From NCBI RefSeq assembly GCF_018350175.1, contig NC_058368.1, positions 65,040,001 through 65,104,000 of the forward strand: 64,000 nucleotides of DNA, written 5' to 3'. Source of the stretch: Felis catus (taxonomy: Eukaryota). Shown piece after piece: positions 25,323 to 39,200 of the stretch. Under the pieces are notes generated by a model. That model saw nothing but the letters and a program-made list of their open reading frames with translations, was not told the origin of the DNA and did no database searches. Positions within the stretch are counted from its first letter, which is position 1. Each line of letters opens with the position of its first letter. The translations under genes were made by a program, and so were the position numbers.

Positions 25323-26187
25323 TTCAGTGGAAGACATAAAAGTTAGAAATCTCAAATTCAATGTGAAGTCTAATATTTTCCTTTGTGAATGTCTTAATAT
25401 ATTCTTACTTTTCTTTTACTTGTCCTTTATAAAAGTATATTGAAAGTCTCTTTATAAAGTAATTGGTCTCTTTAAGCATTATTCACTTTTCAATTCTCTT
25501 CATTTTTACAAATACCTTATCATCTTCAAGTATGCACATACATACACCACATATACACTCAATTAAAAGTCTATATTTATCTTCAGGAGGAAATTTCATA
25601 GGTTTTAACCATTGATTTTGAAGCTTGAAATGATTTCAAAACAGAGATGTTAAGGTTTCAAGAAAAATCTCAACTGAATACCCTGTAAAATAAAATGTGT
25701 TTCTCTGTTAATTAACAACTGAATAAATAACCTATGATCTTTTCTCAAATGAAAACCTATTGTTCCAAGAATTCACCTCCACCTAGTCAAAAGAATTCAA
25801 GGAACTTTTTTCCTTTTCTAAGTAATTAATTGCTCTCAAGATATGGTGGCTCCATATTTTCAATGTTTGAGTAATATAAACAGCTGATAATTGGTGTGTG
25901 ACTATTCTGAGTAGGTGATATCTAAGTAGATTATCAAGTAGGTGAAATAGGCATCACGTATGATGTAAGAATCCCTAAATTTTATATCCTCCATGGCTTA
26001 AAATATCTCCATTCTAAAATTTTCACTGTATTGTCAACATAGCTGTTCCCAACAAATAATCGTTTACCATCGCTTTTTTTTGAAAACTGAAATCACCTTT
26101 GAAATGTGTTCCCTGAACAAAATAACATCATCATGCCATTATTAGTCACTAAATCAAAGTAAAATTTAGTTTACAAGATTAGCACCC

Positions 26188-26189
<2 letters not shown>

Positions 26190-26232
<43 letters not shown>
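26190..26232. repeat. (TG)n microsatellite
   Basis: About 21 perfect TG units. Confidence 0.98.
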
Positions 26233-26235
<3 letters not shown>

Positions 26236-26399
26236 AATTAAGGAGTAATAAACCCATGACCCAAACTTTTGCATTTTGGCTTCTTTCTCAGTCTATCAAT
26301 CTATTTCTCAGTAATAACACTTACCTACATTTATCCACATGCTACTTTCAAAGCCTTCCCTTCTCTAGCTTAAAAGTCCACAGCATTTAAAACTGTAAT

Positions 26400-27650
26400 C
26401 CAACTCTTCTTTTATAAAACCATCTCCTCTTAACACATCCATTATTTCCTATTTTCTTTCTCTGTCTCCAGACATTTCTTTTTGTCTCCTCTTCTAGTTG
26501 TTTCTTAATCCTTTTGCTGCTAAAAAGTAGGCACTGCTTAAAGTTTGCCCACAGCTTTCTGCTTTCTCAATATTCTCTCTTGTCTAGCCTCACCATCTCG
26601 ACATTGTGACTATTTAATATACGTAGTATATGTTAATGTAATGTATAATGTGAATGACTACAGAATTTATAGTTCCCAACATAACTGCTCTTTCTCATTA
26701 TGTTAGGATACTTCCAACCACCTGTAGGACATTAATATTTATCCCAAGTACCGTATGTATTTCAAACTTTTCATGCAAAAAAGTAAATTAGCAATTTCTC
26801 TTTCTCATACCAGTCCCTGGTGCTGACTTGCTTTCTCTTTCCTTCAATAATACCAAAACTCTTCCCAACATCCACACTCAGAATCATATCCTTTTCTTTC
26901 TTCCTCACAATCTGTCATGAAGTCCCACAGATAACTTCTTGGCATTGCAGTCCTGTCTGTCTTCTCTCCCTCTATTTCTAGTACTTTCTTTTTCTTTTTG
27001 GTTCTTACCTGAACCATAATATTAACTCTCTTGTTTATTTTTCCATATTCAGCCTCCTTTCTCCTTAATAAAAACAGTACATGGTCACAGGATTAAATCT
27101 CTACTTGTGATACTTTATCAAAACATTTAAATGACTTCCCTTTTTAATGAATAAAGTACAAACTCTCTTAGGGGAAGTATAAAGTACATAAAGGAATAAA
27201 GTACAAACCATTTGCGGATATTCAGATGGGCTCCAATCTATGTTTTTACCTCCTCTCCTTCTACTTCCTTACCTTCACTAAAACCAACCTGTCCTACCAA
27301 CCAATCTTTGTGCTTATGTTTTATTTTCCAATCCCCCATTTCATTGCACGTACAGATTTTTTATCCAGAATAATTTCTCCCATTTCCTCTCGTTGAAATC
27401 CTACCCACATCTGAGGACTCACTTTAAATGTGACTTTCTTCATGAACCTTCTTTTATCCTGTAACCAAAAAGGATCTCTTTCAACACAAACAACACATTT
27501 TTCACAGACATTTACATCAGTGCCTTCTGCCTGGAGTATTTATGTGCCTTATCTTTACTAACTTAACAACCTTTTGATGGTGGTTATTGGGTCTTGTTTT
27601 TGCATCCCCTGTAATTATGATTACAATATAGATGGTCAATAAATAAACTC
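26400..27650 (+). mobile_element. L2 remnant
   Basis: CT-rich L2-like phrases (tgaatgactacagaatttatag, ccaaccacctgtaggacatt, tccagaataatttc), ending ggtcaataaat. Confidence 0.6.
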
Positions 27651-28204
27651 TTCAGATACAGCACAAAGAGAAGGAGAGGCCACAAAGATCTGTGGAAACA
27701 TATGACTAACATAAAAGACAAGAATTACTGATATAACAGCATTAAGATCATTATTATCTGTCTTGCATGTTATTGGCACTGTTGAACACATTTTAGAATA
27801 TGAAATGACTATAATAAATGTTTGAAATGACTAACTATGGTAGACTAGATGGTGTCCTACCTTTCTTGCGGGCCTGACGTTTTATTATTCTATGAAATGT
27901 CATCAGTACTATTTGGTAAATAAAAGGAAAAAATACACGACATTAGGTTCTCCCTTCCTTCCAAATTTATCCACAGATAATTTCCATTAAGTGCATCTTG
28001 TGGACAATTCCCAAGCACAGAAAGTTAATTTCTGAGTCCTAAATGAGCCAACCAGAAAAATTTACCCAGACCATGATAAGAATTCTCAGGTTGCTCCTCA
28101 TTCTAGTTTTCTCATTGAAATGATGAGAGAGAAAAAGGTACAACAGCCAGATAGAGTCCACGGAATTGGAGATCTATGGTGCCTCATGGGAAGCAATAGC
28201 AAGT

Positions 28205-28445
28205 TAGTTAAATTTAAGTGCTCTGAAGTTGGACTGGCTGGTTTTGAATCAGTAATTCAATATTACTTAGCTTATGACCGTGGTCAAGTTGTTTAGTTTT
28301 TCCAAGCCTCGATTCTGTAAAATGGAGTAATAACATAACTCAGGGAGATAATGGGAAAATTAAATGAGTGATTTGATGAGAAAATTAATGTTTTAATGGC
28401 TTGGCATACTACCAGACATATGTCTTCAAAATTCTTACCTATTAT
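28205..28445 (+). mobile_element. MIR
   Basis: ctctgaagttggactggctggttttgaatc...ggtcaagttgttta...ctgtaaaatggagtaataac. Confidence 0.8.
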
Positions 28446-29229
28446 TTTCTTCTACTTTCTTTTCTTTTTGTTCTAATTTAACTGGTTTACTTTTCATAAT
28501 TGCCAACATAAACCATATTGTAAAAAAAAAATTTAAAGATGTGAAAAATAAGAAAGGTCTCTGAAATCTTCACCAATCTTGAGAAAATCATGCTAAATTT
28601 TTGGCATTTACTATTTTCTTTCATATTTTGTCTGTGCCTTTAAAAAAGACTTCTAAGTATCTTTGACAACAAAGCTTAACTCACCCTACAATCCAGATGT
28701 GCAGAGGACATGTAAACTCACTTATTTTATACAGTGAACCTGGTCTTCCTCATGTACCTCCAACAATTGGCTCGCAGGAATAAAACAAGTAATGGATCCA
28801 CTCTGATGTACAGCTTAGCCTCATCCCATAATTTAAGTAGGTTTGCCTCAGGTTTGGTGATTTTGAGCATCTCTCTGTACATGTGTTCTGTGGTTAGACT
28901 CTGCTAGGGAAAAATAATGCTCGCTCAGTCAATCATGTTTTTCAGTCTTAAGGTCTCCAAACCCAGCTTATATCCAAGATAGTACTTGGTTAGGAGGGTG
29001 GGGAGGCAGAAGGGTATGACTTTTGTAGCTTCACAGTGTAGAGAAGAGTTCAGGTTAGTTTCTCTCCCCTCTGGCCTCCTGTCAGATGTTCTTTGTCCAA
29101 TCAGATGCTGCTTCCCCTGCTGGCATTTGTGGATAACACCTGTGGCTGGTTAGATTATAATCAATTCCTAGAACTTGGATAATTCTCAGAGGTCATTAGT
29201 ATCAATACAAGTGTCTCAGTATCTACATT

Positions 29230-31800
29230 TCTCTTAGTTTTCAGAGGCTGCATAGTTATATTATTTTGTAGATGTTGATTTTCATTTTATTTCTAACTAA
29301 TACTGGTTGGTATATGGAAAAGTTAATGGTATTTTTAATACTGATTTAAAATCTATTTAACTCTATTATTATTTATAACTTTTATCTTTAGTTGTTTATC
29401 TTGGCTTTCCCCCAAGATTGGTGGAATGTCTTGAGCTGTAAGTCTCTAGCCTGCATGCTTAAAACCACCAGGTTCTCTAAGGGTAGGATCACACTGGAGT
29501 TCAAGCATTTTGATTGGAATTGACAATGAAGCACAGGTCCTGTGGCCACCACCTCAGATCCATAGAACTCTCTCAAAATGCAACCTTGTGAGGAATGGGC
29601 CCTGGTTTAATTCTCACCTATCCCATAATCTCCTAAAATAAAAACTTTTGCTCTGTCCTTTTAAACATTTTGTCTCTTATTTTCATGTGTTGCTTAATTG
29701 CACTGGCTAGTATCTGCAAGAAAATGGTGAAAAATGATGCTGATAGGACAATCTTTTTTTCTAACACTGTTTCATCACTGAACACTTGAGAATCATATAT
29801 ATGAATATAACTGCTCTTTCTGTGTATTTATGTATGTATGTACTTATGAGTCATCTTACATATTTTCACAAAATCTGAATTTACCTGAATGCCTTTTCTT
29901 GGTTTTAACTTACTCCATTGCCACTTCTATTTCCAATAAACAGGAAATTAGCTTTAGGGGCCTTACAACAAAGAGTTTCAAAGTTTTTTTGAAGTTCTCC
30001 AAGGTTTTCCAAAATAGTTTAAAGTGTTTGGAGTGCATGCTTATTATTATAATGTATATATGAAGTTTTTCCAGAATAAAGATGGAATTTTATCAAAGGT
30101 TCTTCCTATCAAAACAGTTATATGGTGTTTATCTTTTAATTTAAATGCAGTGAATTATACTAATAAATTTTATCATGTTAAAGCATATTTGCAGTCCTTA
30201 GGATAAACCCTATTAGAGTTATATTAAGCTGTTTTTAATGTATGGCTTTATTATGTGTATCTTTAAATATTAATATTCAGTGTTGTGCTATATTTGTTGA
30301 ATGTTGATATCTTAGACATATAACTTTATAACAAGAAATAGAAAGCTTCCCCCCCACACACACACACCTTTTTTTTCTGGAATAATTCACTTGACATGAA
30401 AATTAGATGTTCCATGATTGGATTGATAAAGTTCAATTATGCATTCATCTGAACTTTGTGATTTCTTTAAGTATAGATCTTTTAGCTCTCATAAAACTTT
30501 ATGAGTTTTTGCTTCTTGTTATTTGTATTTCCTTTCCTTCTTGGGTTAATTTTGCATAGTTTAATTCTAAAATAATATAATTTATCTATCTAGGTTGTCA
30601 ATTTATTAACATGGAATTGGGTGAAATGGCAAATTATTATCTTGAAATTCTTTAATATCAGGATGGGTTTTTCTTCTCTCTTCTTGAATATTCTTATATT
30701 TGTATTGCCTTTTATTCTGTTTTTTTGAATGGGCAAGCGAGTGGTTCATTTTTTTACCCCCTAAGAATAAGCTATTGACAACTCTGTCATTTTTCTTTTC
30801 CCTAATTCACTTATTTATGCTTTCATCTTCATTAATTTTTCCATCTATGTTCCTTGGGTCCACTGCGCTGTTTTTCATAACTTTTGCATTTTATTTAATT
30901 TACTATTTTCATTATTTTTGTTTGCACCAAAAATATTTGAGGCCATGTTATTATTATTTTATAAATACTCTGCAATTGTGGCTTTTTAGTTCTCTTTGCC
31001 CCAAGAGTTCTTAGAAAAGAATGGTATTAAAATATCAAATGCTTTGGGTTTTTTGTTTCTAAATTTGACATTTGGTTTTTACTTTATTAGACTGTGGTTT
31101 CAGAATATGATCTGAAGTCTTTTTTCCCCTTTGGAATTTCTTTTTGGCTAATATGTGATTATAGTTTTGTTTTGTTTTGTTTTGTTTTTTCTAAAATGCT
31201 CCAGGGGCCATTTAAAAAGAATATTCTCCCTTTGCAGATGATAGCTTTTAGTACATATGTTTTTTTTTATCTGACTAGAATATATCAAAGTTTTATAATA
31301 TTGTTTAGATTTTTATGGAGGGACAACTCTTATATACATGCTATTTCAAGGACAGAAAAACTCTTCTCTTAAATTCTCTCTCTCCTGTTGCTTTTCCATC
31401 TGTTCCTTGTTTCAGTTCCTGCAACACTTTCTCCAGGTACTCTGTCGCTGTGTCAGTTGGTACATAGAAGCTCATTAAGAATTTGTTGAGTTCATAATCT
31501 TAAAAGGACCGTGTTTTTATTTAATATTTTCTAAAATTGTATTTTGATATTATGCATTCTTTCTTCTTTTTTGTTTACATTTGCTGATTATATCCTTCCC
31601 CATTATTTCCACTTTTCTGTGTTATTTCAGACATTTTATTAACATGGGTTTATTAACATGGGTTGGAGTTTAGTTATGAGGCCATTTATTGTATGCATTT
31701 CTCTCAGTAACCTTTCTTTTATTATACTGTTTCACAGGAGTAGAAACTATTTTTAAGACTATTAGAAACTATGTTTATACATTTAAATAAGATAGGTACC
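29230..31800 (-). mobile_element. Very old antisense L1 fragments (L1ME-like)
   Basis: T-rich; ttaattgcactggctagtatctgc and tgcagtccttaggataaaccc match antisense ORF2. Confidence 0.6.
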
Positions 31801-32001
31801 TCTGTATCCATGTACCATTCTCAGAAAATCTGTCCAGAGAGGCTACCCTCTGTGACAGACCTAAAAGCTAAGTGAGCACACCGTCTCCCTTCTTCACCCT
31901 GACTTTCCATCCCAGCGTTTATGGTTGTATGTGAGATTTTATCCCAGTCTGCTATTTTTAAATCATAACTGTCTTAAGATGTATTTCAAGAATTGTCCTT
32001 T

Positions 32002-32223
32002 TCTTTTGTTTTTAAGTTTATTTATTTATTTTGAGAGTGTGTGTGTGTGTGTGTGTGCCTGCATGTGAGCGGGGGGAGGGGCAGAAAGGGAAGAGAGAGA
32101 ATACCAAGCAGGCTCCATGTTGCCAGCACAAAACCCCACGTGAGGCTCGATCTCACAAACCATGAGATCATGACCTGAGCCAAAATCAAGAATTGATGCC
32201 TGATGTAGCCACCCAGCTGCCCC
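32002..32223 (-). mobile_element. Can-SINE with a (CA)n tract replacing the distal (CT)n
   Basis: 14-bp TSD aagaattgtccttt at 31988-32001 and 32224-32237; (TG)n 32037-32057. Confidence 0.95.
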
Positions 32224-32544
32224 AAGAATTGTCCTTTCCACAGCATTATTAACCATATTTACTTAATTCATTTATATTAATGTTTAAAAAAAAATTGCAC
32301 TTGCCTTTGTTTTTTTTTTTTATGTCAGCATTCCTATTCATGAGTTGTATGTTTTCTCTTTTTGACTATGTAAGATAGTCACGTATTTCATAATTCAAAA
32401 GATATAATAAAGGGGCATATAGAAAAAGTCCGGCCTTTACCTGTGTCCCCAACCCCCCTCCAGCCAATTTGTGTCTTCACAGATAACTTATGGAATGGGT
32501 TTATGGGCGTGTATATTTCCAAAGAAATTATATCCAGAGATGAG

Positions 32545-32826
32545 AGCCTTCTGCTTATTTGTTGTGTGATGTGGGTCAAGTTACTCAACCTACTTGAACT
32601 TTAGGGTTATTTTTTTATCTTCAAATATGGCATCCTTTATTCATTTAATCACCAAATGTTTAGTGAGCACCTATGTGTCAGGCTCTGTGGTAGGTATTGA
32701 AGATAAAGCAGTAAATAACACAGTTGTGTTGGTTATGGCATAGGGAAAAGAATTATAGTACCTGCCTTAAGGATTTTTTTTACTAGAATAGATGAGAAGT
32801 GCTTTGTAAGTGTGAACTATTATTAC
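32545..32826 (+). mobile_element. MIR interrupted by an antisense L2 3' end (32636-32722)
   Basis: MIR gggtcaagttactcaacct..., then attcatttaatcaccaaatgtttagtgagcacctatgtgtcaggc (L2, minus), then MIR tagtacctgcc...aagtgctttgtaag. Confidence 0.7.
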
Positions 32827-34326
32827 ACATACATCCTTTTTTGCTTCTTTTGTCACCCAGGTAATCATGCAATGCTATACACATTGGTGTATTCCATTTT
32901 TTATTTAAAAAGTTAAAAAATGTATCATGGGTGTCTTTCTAGAACTTTTGTCATTATGTTTTACACCTGCATTATATGCATTCTCTGATATGCCATAATT
33001 TAACTTGTCCCCTATTGATAGATTTGGGGGGATTTCTGTAATATTTAGCTGCTGAAAAGAGATTACTGCAATGAATAATTTTATTTTCTTGTACATAGGT
33101 GAATTTACTGTAGGATGGAATTGTTGGGCCTTAAGTTATGTGATGTGTAAGTTCGATAGACAATACTTCCTCTGCGAAAGGACTGTACCAATTTACATTC
33201 TTACAAGCCATGAACAGGTATGGCTCTTCTCCTCACCCTCACACACAGAATAAGCTATTAACCTTTTGGATTGTGGATGCCCTGAAAGGTAACAAATGGT
33301 ATCTCACTGCAGATTTACTCTATTTCTCTCATCATGAGTGAGTTTTGTTAAGGATCTTTCCACACATCTAAAATCCAAACTCTTTCCTTCTTTTGCTATC
33401 TTTTCATAGATTTTCATTTCTTTTGTATTTATTTGTAGGTCTTCATTCTTTCAATGTGTAGGAATGCTTCATTTTCAAGGGAAATTAAACTTTTGTCTGT
33501 GAGTTACAAATAGTTTTACACAAGCTTAAATGATGAATTTTGCCATTCTTTTTCTCCTTTGCTGTGTTTATTGTGTTTAAGTAGTTGGAAGTTTCAATCA
33601 CTTCCCTTATGGCTTCTGAGTTTTCTGTCACAGAAAGGTCTTCTTGGTTCTGATATTATAGCATTTTTACCCATGGATTATTACAGTCATTTTATGGTTT
33701 TATTTCTATCTTTGAATTTTTTATTCATTGGAAATGTACCCTGGTAAAAAAAATATGGAACATGGAAGAACATTTTTTAGTACAGATGGCTATCAAGACA
33801 CCCCAACACCATTTGCTTTTAATCAACAATCCTTTCACCACTATCTAAAATGCCATCTTTATCATTTAGTATATTCCCTTATGGTTTTGGCCTATTTTTG
33901 GACTTTTTATATGGTTCCATTGATGTATTTGTTGATTCATGAGCAATATCACACTGTTTGAATTCTCGAGGCTTAGTAATATCCTTTAACATCTGGTAAC
34001 TCCCTTTACGCTTATTTTTCAGAATTTTCCTATTTATTCTTGCTTGTTTTCAGTGTCCATATGTATTTTAGAATCACCTTGTCACTTTCCAAAATTATTG
34101 TTATGGTTTTTTTAATGGTGATTGCTTTAATTAAATGTATAGATTAATTTAGAACCGATTGATATCTTTGTGATACTGTTTCTTCCCATCCAAGTACATG
34201 CTATTTCTCCTTATCCAAGAAAATAGTACTCCTTTTGAGTTGTTCAAGTATCCTTTTGTGGCTTACTGAATCTTCTCAAAGTTCTCTTACAATTAATTTT
34301 TCACTTTTATTAAATTTATTGCGAGG

Positions 34327-34846
34327 CATAGTAGACAGAACAATACCCTCCCCTGCCTCAAAGATGTCTACATCCCTAATACTCACAAACTATGAATATA
34401 TTATGTTACATGACAAAGGGGAATAAAAGTTGTAGATAGAATTAAGATTGCTAATCAGCTGACCTTGAGATGTAGAGGTTATCTTGGATTATTCAGGTGG
34501 ACCCAGTGCAACCACAAGGCTCCTTCACAAATATCAGAAGAAGGCACTGAAGGAAGAATCAGAGAGCAGGCAGTATAAAAAGAACTTGGCCTGACCTGGC
34601 TTTGAAGATGCAAGAAGAGGATCATGAGTCAAAGAATATGGGCAGCCTCTCGAAGCTGTAGGGGAAAAGATGTGTTTTCTCCTAAAGCAACCAAAAGGAA
34701 TACAGTCCTGCTGATACTTCGATTTCAACTCTTTTAGACCCATTCTGGACTTCACACATCCAGAACTGTGAGATCATAAATTTGTGATTTTTTAAAAGCA
34801 CTAGGTGTGCAGTAATTTGGTACAGCAGGCACAGAAAACTGATATA
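34327..34846 (+). mobile_element. MaLR solo LTR (MLT1D-like)
   Basis: caaagatgtctacatccctaat...gctaatcagctgaccttgagat...ccagaactgtgagat...tacagcaggcacagaaaactgatata; probable 5-bp TSD cgagg/ctagg. Confidence 0.92.
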
Positions 34847-35300
34847 CTAGGCCTTCTATCTTTCGTTATTGATAACATAAATAAGGTCTTTATGTGGAGA
34901 CTTGATTACTGTATATTAATCTTGTACCTACCACATTACTGAATTATCTTAATAGTGGTTTTAGTTGAAATTTTTAAGTTTCTCAAATATATAATCATTT
35001 CAGGTGCAAGTTGTGATCATTTAACGTCTTTCTTTCCAATTTTTGTAATTTCTTTCTCTTATCCAAATATGTTGGCTAGTGCCTACAGACTCAATTCAAC
35101 TAATAGTGGTGATGATGGAGTAGGCGCCTTGTTCCTGACAGAGATGGGAATGCTTCTAAAGGTTTTTCAACAAGGATTGTTTCAGCCTTTTGTCTGACCT
35201 GCTTATTTTATCACGTTGAGATTCATCTATTTTTGACTTTATTTTTAAGAGTTCATATCAAGAATAAATATTTTTTACAAAGAATAAATATTCAATTTTT

Positions 35301-35521
35301 TTTTAATTTTTTTTTTTCAACGTTTATTTATTTTTTTGGGACAGAGAGAGACAGAGCATGAACGGGGGAGGGGCAGAGAGAGAGGGAGACACAGAATCGG
35401 AAACAGGCTCCAGGCTCGAGCCATCAGCCCAGAGCCCGACGCGGGGCTCGAACTCACGGACCGTGAGATCGTGACCTGGCTGAAGTCGGACGCTTAACCG
35501 ACTGCGCCACCCAGGCGCCCC
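35301..35521 (-). mobile_element. Young SINEC_Fc
   Basis: Near-consensus; TSD aatattcaattttt at 35287-35300 and 35522-35535. Confidence 0.98.
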
Positions 35522-35814
35522 AATATTCAATTTTTAAAAGTGCCTCTGCAGCATGAAAATGATGGTATGATGTTTCTTCTTTGATCCATTACTATGATTA
35601 ATTGTAGTCACCGTGGAACTATCCTTTCATTTATTGAATAAATACCATTTTGCAAAAGTGTACAATTACCTTCATGTGCTCTTGATTACTCTGGAATTTT
35701 GCTTCCATGTTCATAGTGAAATTGGTTTGTAGTTTTCTTTTTTGTATATGACTCTTCCCTGCGTTTGTTTGTCTGTTTATCATTTACTTTTCTTCCTTGT
35801 GTGTTTTTTGTAAA

Positions 35815-37160
35815 AAGACTTTTTTAAAGGGCAGTTCTAGGTTCAGAGCAAAATTGAGGGAAAGGCATAGAGATTCCCCATGTATGCCCTATCCCCACAC
35901 ATGCAGAGCCTCCCAAATTATCAACATGACCCACCAGAACGGTACATCTTTTACCAAGAATGGAGCAAGTGGACATGTCATAACCACCCAAAACCCATAG
36001 TTTACCTTAGGGTTCACTTTTGGTGTACATTCGATGGTTTTGGACAAATGTGTATGACTTATTTATTGTTATAATATCATTCAGAGTTGTTTCACTGCCC
36101 TAAAATCTTATGTGCCCTGCCTGTTCATCTCTACACACTATACCCCGTGCAAGTATGAATCTTTTTATTGTCTCCATAGTTTTGCCTATTCCAGAATGTC
36201 ATATAGTTGAAATCATACAATATGTAGCCTTTTAGATTAGTATCTTTCTCTTTTATTTTTAGATTAATGTCTTTCACTTAGTAATATGCATTTAAAGTTC
36301 CTCCATGGCTTTTCATAGCTTGAGAGCTCATATCTCTTTAGCGCTGAGTAATATTCCTTTGTCTGTATGTATCACTATTTATTTATAACTTTCACCTACT
36401 GGAGGATGTCTTGGTTGCTTCCAAGTTTGGGCAATTAATGAATAAAGCGACTATACATCTGTGAGCAGGTTTTTGCATGAACACAAGTTTTCAACTTCTT
36501 TGGGTAAATATCAAGGAGCACAATTGCTGGATCGTAGGGTAAAAGTATGTTTCATTTTGTAAGAAACCACCAAACTAGCTTCCAAAATGGCTGTACCATT
36601 TTGCACTCCTACCACCAGTGAATGAGAGTTCCTGCTGCTCTACCTCCTAGCCAACATTTGATATTGTCAGTGTTCCAGACTTTTGCCATTCTAATAGATC
36701 TACAGTGGTCTCATTTTTATTTTAATTTGCATTTCTCTGATGACATGGAATGTAGAACATCTGTTCATATGCTTATTTTCCATCTGCATATCTTCTCTGG
36801 TAAAGTGTCTGTTAAGGCCTTTGGCCCACTTTTTAATTGGTTTGTTTGTTTTCTTGTTGAGTTTTAAGGGTTCACTGTATATTTTGGATAATAGTCATTT
36901 ATCAGATGTGTCTTTTGCAAATATTTTCTCTCAGTCTGTGGCTTATCTTTTCACGCTTTATCAGAGTAGACATTTTTAACTTTAGTGAGGTCCAGCTTAT
37001 CAGTCATTTCTTTTGTATACAGTAAGTCTTGAAGTCACTTCAACTTTGCTCTTCTCCTTCAATGTTGTGCTGGCTTTTCTAGCTCTTTGCCTCTCCACAG
37101 AAAGGTTAGAAAAAGTTTGTCAATATCCACAAAATAACATGCTGAGATCATGACTGTATG
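35815..37160 (-). mobile_element. L1MC1-like 3' end, antisense
   Basis: gcagttctaggttcagagcaaaattgag...ccccacacatgcagagcctccc...gtttcactgccctaaaatc, then antisense ORF2 C-terminus (gagagttcctgctgctc). Confidence 0.88.
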
Positions 37161-37656
37161 GTTTTTTAATTAACATTATATTCAATTTGTAATATAATTT
37201 TTCTATGTCTTGTAATAGTGTAATAGCCCTGGAAATATTGATTACGAAGGTTTAGGGTCTATACATAGCCTATTTTTATGACTGCTTCAGGAGCAGGTGA
37301 AGGAATACAGTTTTTAGACACAAAATTTGATATATTTCAAAAATATCTACCTTATTAATTAGACCATTTGGGTCTGCAATATCTGTATATATATTTTTTC
37401 ACATCTGAGTTAAAATATTTTACTGCCAATAGTATCTACTCTAGGCATAATAATGTTAGGTTTGTTTGTTCATAGGCATTTGTAACTATTACATCTTTAT
37501 TGTTAATTGCACATTTTAGCATGTTCTTCTTTGTCTCCATTAATTCTTTAAGTGCCTGCATTCAAATTTGACTAAAAACAGAATCAAACTCTACCTATTT
37601 TTATTTGTATTTGCGTGGCATATCTCTAACCATATTTTTTATTTTTCCATCTTTCT

Positions 37657-37858
37657 TTTTTTTCTAATGTTTATTTATTTATTTTAAGAGGGGGTTAGGG
37701 GCAGAGAGAGAGAGAGAGAGAGAGAGAATTGCAAGCAGGCTCCATGTTGTGAGCACAGAGCCCAACCAATGGGCCTCAATCTCAGGAAACTATGAGATCA
37801 TGATCTGAGTCAAAATCAAGACTCAGACACTTAACTGACCAAGCCACCCTGGTGCCCC
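37657..37858 (-). mobile_element. Can-SINE
   Basis: (GA)n, gagatcatgatctgagtc, ends ggtgcccc; degenerate TSD tatttttc(c/a)at(c/g)tttct. Confidence 0.94.
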
Positions 37859-38472
37859 TATTTTTCAATGTTTCTACATTACTTTGGAAGTCCATTCTCT
37901 TGTAAGCAACATGGTATATAGGGTTGTTGCTTTGTAATCCAATCTGAAAGTCATCTTTATTGATATGCCTCTTTATTTACATTCTTATAAGATTATTTGG
38001 TTTTAATTGTTAGCTTAGTTAATGCTATACTTTCTTATCTTATTTTTCCTTTTTCTGACATTTTACTTTGTCATCTTTTAAAATTTCTTTGATACATCTG
38101 GTATCTTAATGTATAATATTATCAAATACAGGAAATACTCCATTTTGTTAGACAACATGTATTAATTTATGCTATCATTGATAAATTTAGTTTTCTTTTT
38201 CTCTCTTCCTTTGTCGTCACTACCATTTTTAGTCAATGACTATCTATATATTTACCATGATACTCTAAATTGGTTTTTTTTTGATAGCTACTTTTAAGTG
38301 ATTGCCTTTGACTTCCAGTAAATAGAAATGAAGAAATCACCATTACTCTAAATCCTACATTTCGTCCTTTTCCCTCTACTTTTTGTTCTCTACATTGCCA
38401 GTGTATTTGGCATTTATAGTCTATTCTGTTCTTCCCAATCCCACATTTTTTTAGTGTTATTAGTACTTTCAA

Positions 38473-38680
38473 TTTTTTTAACACTTATTTTATTTTTGAG
38501 ACAGAGAAAGACAGAACATGAATGGGGGAGGGTCAGAGAGAGAGGGAGACACAGAATCTGAAACAGGCTCCAGGCTCTGAGCCGTCAGCACAGAGCCCGA
38601 CTCTGGGCTCGAACTCACGAACCGCGAGATCATGACCTGAGCCAGTCTGACGCTCAACCGACTGAGCCACCCAGGCGCCC
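38473..38680 (-). mobile_element. Can-SINE
   Basis: 20-bp TSD agtgtt(a/g)ttagtactttcaa at 38453-38472 and 38681-38700. Confidence 0.97.
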
Positions 38681-38756
38681 AGTGTTGTTAGTACTTTCAA
38701 ATTTACTAAAGATTGCTAGTGATTTCCCAGTAACACCGTCATTTTCTACTTTATTA

Positions 38757-39200
38757 TCTTAAAGTTTACTTATTGGGGCGCCTGGGTGGCTCGGTCGGTT
38801 AAGCGTCCGACTTCAGCTCAGGTCATGATCTCACGGTCCGTGAGTTCGAGCCCCGCGTCGGGCTCTGTGCTGACGGCTCAGAGCCTGGAGCCTGTTTCAG
38901 ATTCTGTGTCTCCCTCTCTCTTTGCCCCTCCCCTGTTCATGCTCTGTCTGTCTCAAAAATAAAAAAAAATAAAACGTTACAAAAAAAAAATAAATAAAAA
39001 AATAAAAAAAATTAAAAAAAAAAAGTTTACTTATTTATTGTGAGAGAGAGACAGTATAAGTGGGGAGGGGCAGAGAGAGAGGAACAGAGAATCCCAAGCA
39101 GGCTCTGCACTGACAATTCAATGCGGGGCTCAAATGCACAAAACCATGAGAGCCAAACCAAGAGTCAGACACTTAACCAGCTGAGCCACCCAGGCACCCC
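38757..39200 (-). mobile_element. Older Can-SINE (outer), tail split by an opposite-strand SINE
   Basis: Body 39036-39200; degenerate TSD tcattttctactttatta (38739-38756) / tcatcttctattttaata (39201-39218). Confidence 0.88.
38775..39021 (+). mobile_element. Young felid SINE nested in the older SINE
   Basis: CpG-rich body, long A-rich tail; perfect 14-bp TSD aaagtttacttatt at 38761-38774 and 39022-39035. Confidence 0.97.

Larger units (their letters stand above)
32900..35800 (-). mobile_element. Old antisense L1 (L1ME-like), interrupted by an MLT1 LTR and a SINE
   Basis: tgtaccaatttacattc, aaatggtatctcactgc, atgtatagattaattta, tttcttcccatccaag, gggaatgcttc. Confidence 0.75.
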
